Source: Lophium mytilinum (taxonomy: Eukaryota). Taken from it: a stretch of DNA of 64,000 nucleotides. This document shows, piece after piece, positions 53,695-64,000 of this stretch (positions within the stretch are counted from its first letter, which is position 1; every line of letters starts with the position of its first letter). The notes below the pieces were generated by a model, which worked only from the letters and a program-made list of their open reading frames with translations, searched no databases and was not told the origin of the DNA. The stretch spans positions 2,315,334 through 2,379,333 of the forward strand of contig MU004185.1 of assembly GCA_010093605.1 (NCBI GenBank), given 5' to 3'. The translations under genes were made by a program, and so were the position numbers.

Positions 53695-54412
53695 TCTGAA
53701 TGACCGGAGCTGGGTGGAATAGTAAATGACCTAGGGTTCACACAGCAAAGAGATGTTGGAAGTTGTGTGCAATTTTCTCCCTGACCCTGTCATACGGAGC
53801 GGCCTGTCAGAGCAGCTTACTGAATGCCTTCAGCTAAACGTACTAAGATAAGGCTATAAGTTCGAAACACATCAGCTATAGAAATTCCAGGGCCGGACGG
53901 CGCATGAAGATGGTTTTAGGAGAAATTGAAAGCCTGAGCGCCCATATCGCGAAGGCGGCATCCTAGCCTACTCACGGAGTGAGGCGCAGTATTCCCTCGC
54001 CTTGGGATTCAGCCAAGGCTACCTAAGCCAATCGGGGGTCAGATACGTGGACTAATCAGACGCGGCGTATAGACTTACGTACCCGAACCCAGCCTCTCAG
54101 AACAAACCTTCTACGTCTGAGAATTGACCCACATGTATACCCATATTAGCCCCGAGAACCGGCGCGGAACAGACTTTCTTCGGTGAAAGTAGCGGACTAG
54201 CTGCTTATGCAACTAGAAGACAGTAGACGATCTTTGAACAAATCAGAACGTCCGAAGGTCACGTGGATTAGTCGAAGGGGTATGTCTAATTGTTGGCACT
54301 TTCACTAAAAAGCATACTTTTGAAATTAAATAGCTCTACGTGATAGGGCAGTAGGCGTGTCTGGGGTCTCTCTGATGCGCACAGCCACGGCTTATTGAAA
54401 AACATTGTGCAA

Positions 54413-55993
54413 CTATAGAGCACTCCCAGCCTTAGCAGCCCCCGAGAAGGACACAAGTTTCGTCCAGAGGTCAGTTCCACCTGTCTGGAGATCCTCAAAC
54501 TCAGGGCACGCGAGGCTCAGAATTGGCGCAGCAATAGTGTCTGTGATGAGCTCAAGCGGCGTCGCCAGCGTCTTGAAGATAGTAGCGAGGCTGTTCGGTG
54601 CAAATGTCTTGACGACTTCCAGAACGAAGCATATGAGGCCGTTTCCTTCGAGAATAGTGGCACTATTGAGAACGCCGCCCGTGATGTCGTCGAAATCGAC
54701 CCCAACGAAGGAGTTCACTTTGCCCATGTTCCCTCCAATGGACAGAGTAGCGGGATACTTCAGATACCACTGGAGGAGGTCGACGTTGAGTTGTACAAGG
54801 CTGTAATCTACGGGAATTCGGTACCAGTTGGAAGGGATCTGCTCTTGACCTCTCTTGTACACTAGGCCGGATGGCTGCTTGCTGTCTTCGTAGACGGCCC
54901 AAAATGACTTCAATACGTTCTTGGCTGCATTGTGTAAGCTTCATTCTTCTGGAAAAGGTGGGGGACAGCCCAAAGGTACGTACTCATTTGGCCCAAAGGA
55001 TGTTCAGCGGAGTGGTTGCTCAATAGACGAGTAGTAAAGGCGTACCCAGCATTTCGTCCGATCATACCGGTGTAAGGCCCGCTGTAGAAATGTGGATTGG
55101 ACGCCTTGCTTTCCTCGAATCGCTTGGCAATGCGGGCACCAACGTCGTCGAAAGTAAGGACGTCTCCCATTGAATTATAGATGTCCATGAACAAAGTCAT
55201 GTTCATAGTAGCTGCATCTCCAGTAACATAGAGATCATCTCGCGTGTTGGAGGCGTCGGCTTCGATGAAGTTGTGAGCGGCATCTAGGCCGCGGGGGGTT
55301 CCTGTACACTCTCAATATGCGCCTATATCAGTTCGGACACTTGAAGGCCTTTCATACCAAGAAGTCCAAGCACGTTGCCGAGAATGTTGGACACTTTGCT
55401 AGACTCTCCGCCAATCGAGAATCCAGGGTCAAGAGAGAGCGGGTTACCGGAATACACTGTGCCCATGACGCCAATCAAAGTGCCTAGGTCGATGCCCATG
55501 CCGTACACTGTTCTCGATGAGTATCTGTGCATCATCTTGCTCATACCTCTTCTACTGACCTTCATTTACGGCCACGATTGTTTCTACCAACTGCATTCTG
55601 TCAGATAAACCATTGACACGATGCTGTAGTCTAACATACACTCGCAATTCCATCTCGAGGAAGATACCCGTGGTTCGCGAGGGCATTTAAGCCGGGACAA
55701 GGCCCTCGCTGATCACCAGCGTCGAAGTTTGGAGGTTGAAATGCATGTTTGCCAGAAACTGTTCTGAAGTGTCAGCTTCGTGTGCAAAGTTGGAGTGACC
55801 TGTTGGGCATACCATCTACTGGTTTTCCAGTTGAGATAAGCAGGCGTTTGTCTCGAATCTCTATCAGCGCCCTGTGAAGCTGTTCGGGGGATGCCTTCAA
55901 TTTTGCAAAATTATCTGAAGTGGGAAAAGAGTGGACGAACGAAGAGAGGCTCAGCAGCGGAAGTGTGAACCACGCCGAAGAAAGCATCATCAT
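54413..55993 (-). CDS. Heme-thiolate peroxidase / unspecific peroxygenase family, secreted
   Basis: Signal peptide; DQRGPCPGLNALANHG proximal Cys motif (~55670-55715); HNFIEADASNTRDDLY distal motif; multiple introns. Confidence 0.9.
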
Positions 55994-56850
55994 TGCTAAA
56001 AGAACGGAAGGAGTGAAGGACAGTAGGATAGGTCACAGAGACTATTGGCTGTGAGGCTGACAATATGTAGTAATACAGAGACCCCTAATGGTCGCGGCGA
56101 TCGTGACTCGGATATTGGGCAGCCATTATCTGACCCTTTCGGCCCATGCCGAATGGCCCTGCTGGTCATGAAGCTCTCAAAGACGTTGAGAACTGTCTGA
56201 TAGCGATCGTCATGATGCAGGCCCAGCCACCGGGTTGGCCCACTAGCGTCAGTGCTTGAACAAGGGCCCTGGACCTGGGGTGAGCAAGGGGTGAACAGAC
56301 AAAACGGGGGGTGACCTGCAAACGTAATGTACACAGTAAGATTTCCCGGGGTCGAGTCATTGACTACTGCGGGATTGTTTTTCCGTGCCCTAGCTAGATA
56401 TGGCCTGGTGCGTAGAAATAGGATTATTGCTTTCCGAATGCTTTGCATCCCCTCTGCACAATGAAAGAACATAGCTCAGCATGAAAAAGAAAGGCCTCGA
56501 ATATGCTTTCATCGCTGTGAACCGAATGCCAAGCTCACTCGAAGCGTTCTAAAGCCTATTCTAGGAGCGCCTTTGAAGGCCACAAAAGAACAAAAGAAGC
56601 CCTTTGGCGTTCACAAGAAGCTTAGTTGGGTTACACATGCGTGTACAGCGCTAAGTCTATTATAAAGGCTATTTGTTCGGTTGTAACCCAAAGTACTAGC
56701 TAACACTAAATGATGACAGTCAAAGAAAGAACATATTTCTACGTCAAAAGGACCCTATTTGCGCCAAACCGCCTGCAGGTGTTTATCGACTCTATACGAC
56801 GCTCAACTGTATCGCTACTCCGAGCAAATTGGTCGACTCTCAACACTGTG

Positions 56851-58765
56851 TCACACTGTTGCCTCCGAGCCACCAACTTCCTTTCTTGCCATTTCTCTCA
56901 GATCTTTCCTTAAAATCTTTCCACTGGGCGTACGTGGGATGACTTCGATAAAAAAGACGCCACCACGAAGAGTCTTATTCGGATCGACTTTTGCCTCAAT
57001 GAATTGCGAAATTTCCGATGCAGAAAGTCTGGATTTGTCCGCAACGACATAAGCTCGAGGCACTTCATCACCATCCTTGGTTTGGACGCCAATGACGGCG
57101 GCGTCCACGATGAGCGGGTGACCGATAAGCAGCGCCTCAAGCTCACCGGGAACGATCTGGGTGCCCTTATAATTGAAAAGTTCCTGCTTGCGATCGACAA
57201 CGAAAATCTTCCCATTCTTGACTTGTGCGATATCGCCCGTTCGCAGCCAGCCATCAGTGAAGCATTCTGCGTTCGCGCGGGCATTGTTGTGATAGCCTGT
57301 TGTTATGAGAGGGCCCTTCAGCAATGCTTCTCCAGCCTTACCATCGGGCACATCATTGTCGTTCTCATCCACAACTCTACGAGAGACGTTGTTAGCAAAT
57401 CGTAATCCCTTCGGGAGTCTGTCTATGAATAGACTCCGAGAGCAAACACACGAACCTTAGAAGCATATTCTGCATCAAGGGGCTGACACTGCCTAGAAAC
57501 CCGTCTGTTTCATAAGGAGGCATGTGAGTGCAACCTCCACAGGCTTCGCTCATTCCCCAAGTCTGGCTGATGAAAACTGAGCCTTTGCCCATCTTGGCAC
57601 CAGCAGCCTTCTGCAGCGCTGCGCTAATAGGAGCAGCCCCAGTGTAAGCAATACGAATGCTTTCAAGCTGATCTGTTACCATGGGGTGCTTTGCAATAGC
57701 AATGCAGATAGGTGGGACAGTGAAGAAGGTTGTGACGCGGTGGTTTTTGCAGTATTTCAGGAACTCGGGGAAGGAGAATCTGGGCATCCAGAAAACGGTC
57801 CCGGCATCGTAAAAAGGATTGACAAAGTAACCTTGAATACCGGATATGTGAGCCGTGGGAAGATGGGCGAGAGTGCGTATTTCGAGGTGAGGCTCGTTTC
57901 GAGCGGCGTATGTTCGACGATTGGTGGCCGCAGGAATCATAGCCTCCGCGATAATGTTACGATGAGAAAGGCGAACACCTTCGATAGCGAAATTAGTTTT
58001 GATCGAGATGTGTTCAGGAGTATGATGAAGGGTTACCTTTGTGTATTCCAGTAGTGCCAGAAGAATACAACAAGCAGAGCAAGCTGTTCGTCAGCTCATC
58101 TACATCTGTGATACGCGCCCAGTCCAATTCTGGGCCCAAACTGCATTTCCACTCGCCAGTGATGCTCTCTAGCTTGCGTTCTGGATACGAATCCAAAATC
58201 AAAACATTGCCGAGATTGAGGCCACAGGTCTGTGCAGCCTTTAAGGCTACTTCCTTGAGATCGCGGCTGCAGACAATGAGCTTTGCAGGCCCATCTTTGA
58301 TCTGGCGGGAAAGCTCTAAAGCGGTGAACGTGGGATTTGCTGCCGAATAGACACCTCCGGCAGCTACCACACCATAGAAAAGTACGGGTAGGAAATGTTG
58401 CCCAGTTGAGATAGTCAGTACCACATCCTTCCCAGTCCCGTTGGCGCCGATGCCAAATTCGGTTCTCAGCACATAGGCAATCTGCCTGGTGAGCTTTCTG
58501 GCTTTAGACTTGGTGATAGCGACACTGGGATCGTGTGCCTCCGCATGTAGAACAGTGTCTTCCTTTGCGGTACAGTACGGCGACTCTGCGGAATATGAGA
58601 TCAGTTCCTATCCGACAAACAAGTAGGATATAACAAGGCTGTGGTGACGCCAGGGAATTGACCAGGGCTCTTACCAAACAGTAGGGTCAGCAGATCTACC
58701 GCCGGAATCTCACATTCTGGAATGTCAGACTTGTAAGTCTTGTCGGCAAGTCTGTTCGTGGTCAT
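56851..58765 (-). CDS. 4-coumarate-CoA ligase-like AMP-binding enzyme
   Basis: LYSSGTTGIHKG, TGAAP, QTWGMSE, GWLRTGD, DRKQEL, IPRTPSGKILRK. Confidence 0.92.
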
Positions 58766-59783
58766 TATTGCAACTAGGTCAAAATGCTGAAAAGGATAAC
58801 TATCGAAATGGCGAGGAAGTGTGGTTGAATACCACACAAAGACGACGGCAGCAAAGGGGTAGAGCGCTTTGAGGAGAATCGAAGCCAATAAAGATCAGCA
58901 AGTCAACGACTCAATGAAGCGTCGGACTAACGGCTTACTTGCCGCCGCAGAGGAATGGCGACTCTCTCAAAATGTAGTTCTGCAGTTCTCCACAATTGGG
59001 AGGCCCTGGGCGTTGAGGGTTGACACGGATGCCGATGTGGAGTGACGACCAGGGGGCTGGGACGGGCCCCGGGAAATTGGCCATCAGTGCAAGGGCAGGG
59101 TACAGTATGTACACTTCTGAGAAGCACGGACAGTGGACATGACCGTAGAAAGACTTGATGATTGTCATTTACTTCGTTTGGTTAGTGGTTTCCAGCTTTC
59201 AACATTGGTCTTACCGCTCTTTCCTTTCAGTGAATGCTTTTCCACTTGGTAGTCGAGATGTTCTGCTTTTGTTTTCCTCGGACAAGATAACAGTAGCAAG
59301 ATTATATCACGTTTTCGCATGACTGTTTCATTTGAGTCCTCCATTTTTCAATCCTGAGCAGACCATAGACGTCATGTTAAGAGGAGATAAATAACACAAA
59401 TATCACGACTTAATGTCCGAGGCGTGCTCGAGGGTGCCCTAATTTTTTTATTGGATGACTCAAATGCATGAGTACAGTAGATGCGCGTGTAATGTTCCCG
59501 AGAAAAGCTCGATACATGGCTTGATGATATTGGTAAAGATATTCTATGAGACGTACGATCTCTGTAACGAATCCGAGACCCGATAGCCATATAACACGAT
59601 TTCACGTCTTTGTAATAACAGCGTGATGCATTGCCAGCAAGCGAATACTATTGTGGAGAAGGTGATGTCGAAAAGAAATTCACTTAGCAAATTCCTGACG
59701 AGGCAAAAACGAGTATGGAAAAAGGAATCGAAAGGTAGCGTTACAACCCTACAAACTCAATCAAGCAGATACAACCATGCACC

Positions 59784-61375
59784 TCAGAAATCCAAAGGGC
59801 GCACACTGCCATCTGCTGACTTTCCATGCATACTTTCTCGGTCTTCCAATCGTATGAAATCTGAAGTGCTGAGTTCCGGATCGACTTGGGCGCGCGAAAG
59901 CTTCTTGTCTGACCTCTGGCTGGAGTACGGCTGCGAGCCCTTCGTAGTGCCGGTGGAAAACAACTTCGGGAAGTAGCGTAACACAAGCGCTCGAAGGGAA
60001 GGCATGCATGCACATATGATGCCGACATCGAACTCAATGGTACTCCAGTATGAGCCCGGGACGTAGTCCCATGTGAGATTTTGGGAGTTCGCGAAACTGA
60101 TCAGAGCCTGTAACCGAAGAATACTGACAATGAGGACACTATCACGAGTGAGCTAGTATTCCTTGGAGTGCAAATACGAATGTCTGCAACTTACAAGGTG
60201 CCGACTAAGAACATAGACATGACGGCCATCTTTTTCCTCCAATTCATATTCAACCGGGAGAGTTGCCGTAAGGGAAGAACCATGACAAAGATGTCCAAAG
60301 TAATATTGGCAATTGCGCTCAGCCAGCCCTGGATATGGATGTTGTTGCACTTTCCCGGATGCAGACCGTCCCATTGGGTCCAGGTATAGCTGACCGGGGT
60401 GCATTGGAAGATGGTCGCAAACAGGAACGCAACACAGTACGCAAGACACAGCCCTATCACTATGAAGACATACTTTCGAAACTGCTTGTCCGGGAAGATG
60501 GATAGGAGGAACCACAGGATGGCGATCTTGAGGATGCCCATTCCCTCGATATATGCAATCTCCCCAAGGAAGAAGTACTGTGAATATGTCAGATTGGTAT
60601 CCGTTGGAGAAGTTATGTATGAGCTTACGAAAAGAAAGTGTGTTATTTGATCGGGCTTTAGTGTCCACATGTCTTTACCTAGGCCGGCATCTCTCACTGT
60701 CAAGCTTGATTAGCTACCACTTCAATTCCCAAGCGACGAATAAGAACTTACGGAAGCCAGACAGGAATCCAGGAATAAGTGAAAGCGCCTGAAACATGTT
60801 AGAAGCCATGTATGTAGGCGATGGACTAGACGACCTACTAAACACAAAAGCAGCATCGCATCGTCCCAACCCGGTTTCTTTCCACCCGGTGTGAAGATGA
60901 CGAAGAGTCGGAGGATCACGAACACAGCGGCAAGAGCGGATCCAACAATTGCACAAACGTACGGGACTCCTGCGTTATCCCGCACCTCGGCACCGCACAT
61001 CGTCAAAGAAACATTCTTTGTAGCTACATTTGATCAGATCCGAGAAGGTTGGAGGTTATGTTGCAGAACTCACTAAGGGCATCGGGAATTGTACATCCGC
61101 CAGCAACACACAGCCCGATTTCTTGGTTGAGAGGAACGTTCGTGCATATGCACGTTGTGTTGGTGAGGGAGCAGGGAGACTTTGGAATGTACTCCACCAT
61201 ACACTTCAACTAATACTCCTCAGTAAAGAACATCCACGAGCTACAAACATTTACTTACTGCACAAGGTGGCATCGCCTCCTTGAGAAATGCCAGTGCTGC
61301 ATCCGAGGAATCGGCTGCTGTCGTGACGGCAGTCATAATGGCCAGCGGGGCCATGAGGGCACTGAGAAATCTCAT
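59784..61375 (-). CDS. CFEM-domain Pth11-like 7TM receptor
   Basis: Signal peptide, 8-Cys CFEM (PPCA..C..C..CIC..C..C), GWDD, GLGKDMW, FQCTP, GIICACMPSLR. Confidence 0.92.
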
Positions 61376-63001
61376 GGTAAAGGACTAAATGATTCCCTTA
61401 TCGAGACAGAGCAGTGGGTGTGAGACTGGTGTCTTCCTGATAGCACAAACAACTGAGAGTGGATTGAAACCCAAGGACTCCAACACAGAAAACTCTAAGT
61501 GAGGTTCCCGGTGCGATTAAATAGCTAAAGTAGGAATGGTTCACTCCATGTACTATAGCTATATACGATGAAGACTATCACTTCCTTACGCAGCGAAAGA
61601 ATCACAGCGCCGTATCACACAATGCAATCTTCTACTGCAAAGGTCACCATGGTCAGGTCTCAGTTGGCGGTCTAGGAGGCTGGGATGAGATCCTGCAAGC
61701 CCTCCCACGCGTCAAGCCGGGAAACTTCCGGATCAGCGCGTGGGGCATGGAGGCGTGGTATGGGGCTCAGTTGGCCTTGGAACATGCCGTGACTTAAGAC
61801 TTCGTCAAGTCCTTGGCAACATCGGTACTGCTTTCTCACTTTCGTATCAGTTCCACGAAGTGCCAACTACATAGGCTACATGAAGTCGAGCGCTAAGAAA
61901 TGGCCTCCGGCAGGCATAGTGGCTTGGTAAATTAGGCATTGGCGCTGTGAACTGACTTCCACCATGAAGCTTTCCCGCGCTCGAACGCTCTGTGGCCCTT
62001 ATTAGAAAGGACAAGGTATAGGCAGGTCTTAGGAGAGCATATGATATATGATTCAGTTTATGCATCTTGTATGTGGGGCCCCGGGGTAGGGTCAACATCT
62101 GTTCCGCTACCGCCAAGTTTGGAGTGTCTTACTTAATATGTCACCATGCCTGCTACGTAAAATACCCGAGAGCGGGAGGCTGTGGAGAAAAGCGGGAATT
62201 CCAATCAATCGGTTAGGCGGGGAGCTGGAACAAGGTGGTTGACAGGCACGACAGGGTCTGCATCCATCCTGTGCTAGGGTCTGTCGCAGGCACCTCGCCC
62301 AGGATGTTGATGTATATACGGTTAGTGATATGCAGATCATGCGACGGTTAAACGGGCGTCCCGCAACCTCCCCTGTCCGCCTAAACCTTCCGGTTCATTT
62401 GGTGAAAGCCGTTGAACTTTCCCTATTGCGACCTCATCATTCCAACTGGGAACGTAGCGTACCTAGGATCGTTTCCTAGTTAGTCATAGTGCTATACTGT
62501 GCCGTTCAACCTCCTCAAAGCCAAGGTCCGTGGCGTCAACTCTTCCAAGATGTAAGAGGACTATTTACATCCAAGCCTTTAGTCTGTAAAAGGCCCCAGA
62601 AATCCTGCCGTACAGCTCTTGTAAGCCCGTTCCCCTTTGTATGCGAAGTCCAGAGCCTTATAAAGCCGTATAGGCCGGACAAGTGTTAGTTCTCAAGCCC
62701 CTGTTAAGAAGCAGAGATACATGTCTTAGCTTCAAGGAGATTGTGGTGCGTGTTGCGACGACCCACCGTTGCAATTCCCCTGAGTTCTATGGAGCAGAAG
62801 CGAGTCAAGTTGGCCCCTGATAACTTGATCTTACAGTGCCTAGTTAGGTAGTATGATTGTCGGTCCTCCTGACCAAGGGCATATAAATCTGGGCGAAGAA
62901 AGCTTCTTTAGCCCATCAGTCGCTCTTTCGCACCCGTCACTCGTTTATTGATCGCTGTGAGCATATCACTCAGGCGTTTTCTTCCCACGAAGTAGTTCAT
63001 C

Positions 63002-64000
63002 ATGCTTGTCCTCAAGGCCCTCTCCCTTCTTTCGCTTTTGTCCTCTAATGTGTTGTAAGTTTTCAATCTCCCCACTCTGAATAGAGGTGTACTAACTTAG
63101 TGTAGTGGTCATTCCAACCATGGAACGCTTCACAAACGAGGCAAAGTGAGCTCAGGGAAGGACGCTTCCTTGTTGGAAGAGTACGAATATGTCGTTGTTG
63201 GTTCCGGCCCAGGTGGCTCTCCCGTGGCCTCCCGCCTCGCTCTAGCCGGCCACACTGTCCTCTTGATTGAGGCCGGGCAAGACTTCTCGGGCGACCCAAT
63301 CTATGAGGTCCCCGTGATGCACATTTTCGCCTCCGAGTATAAGGACATGCGATGGTCGTTCTACGTGAACCATTTTGCGGACCTCGAGAAGCAGAAGAAG
63401 GATCCCAAGATGACTTACAAGCTCGCCGACGGTAGCCACTACATTGGTCTCGACCCCCCTGCTGGTGCCGAGCCCCTGGGTATTCTCTACCCACGCGCTG
63501 CGGCACTAGGTGGTTGCGCCGCCCATAACGGGATGATCACTGTGTATCCCAACAACAAAGACTGGACATACATTCAGGAGCTCACTGGTGATGACTCCTG
63601 GGAACAGACCAAGATGAGAAATTACTACAAGAAGGCCGAGAAATGCCAGTATCTCCTGAACGACCCCACCAGCCATGGATATTCTGGATGGCTTACCACG
63701 ACAACGACGCCTCTGTATCTCGTTGTGCAAGATCTCAAGATCATCTCTCTGGTCCTCGCTGCTGCAAGTGCCATTGGAAAGCACGTGGTTTCCTCGCTTG
63801 TTACTACTGTTACCGGCCTCGCAAACATTCTCGCCAACGATATCAACAGTGAGAACTTCGGTGCCGACTCCTCCCTTCACCAACTCTACCAGATCCCTCT
63901 CTTCATGCACGCCGGGAGGTACCATCGTGGTGGCCCGCGTGAGTTCGTGGTTGATGCTGCCTCCAAATCCCGCTTGGATGTGGTTTTGAACACATACGTA
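63002..64000 (+). CDS. Secreted GMC oxidoreductase (5' part, runs off the window)
   Basis: Signal peptide, intron, YEYVVVGSGPGGSPVASRLALAGHTVLLIEAG, YPRAAALGGCAAHNGMI. Confidence 0.9.

Noticed and set aside
26500..54300. Starship element call
   Set aside because: No DUF3435 captain gene or boundary direct repeats recognised in the window

Overview
Intron-containing genomic DNA of a filamentous ascomycete with clear RIP (CpA->TpA) footprints. 1-5.6 kb is gene-poor: a ~145-bp satellite with inverted copies and a previously unannotated ~123-bp-periodic decayed repeat-protein (WD40/beta-propeller-like) relic. 5.7-26.4 kb is mostly core genes (monothiol glutaredoxin, RPF2, M13 peptidase, Abp1, F-box protein, SDR), plus a small secreted beta/gamma-crystallin-like gene with a nonsense codon and a RIP-killed pogo/Tigger transposon. 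26.5-54 kb looks accessory: LTR relics, a tRNA-like relic, BTB-like, GPI-anchored and P450 genes, and the most interesting locus. That locus is a head-to-head pair of a degenerate NACHT-like gene and an intact AAA+ ATPase gene, bracketed by two inward-pointing paralogous transcription-factor-like genes that share a conserved unnamed peptide but carry different DNA-binding domains (homeodomain vs Zn2Cys6 plus C2H2). The homeobox paralog is broken by a MULE and a MITE-like element. 54-64 kb holds heme-thiolate peroxidase, 4CL-like ligase, CFEM/Pth11 receptor and GMC oxidoreductase genes. Exon boundaries were read by eye, and domain names are recalled from motifs, not from database searches.
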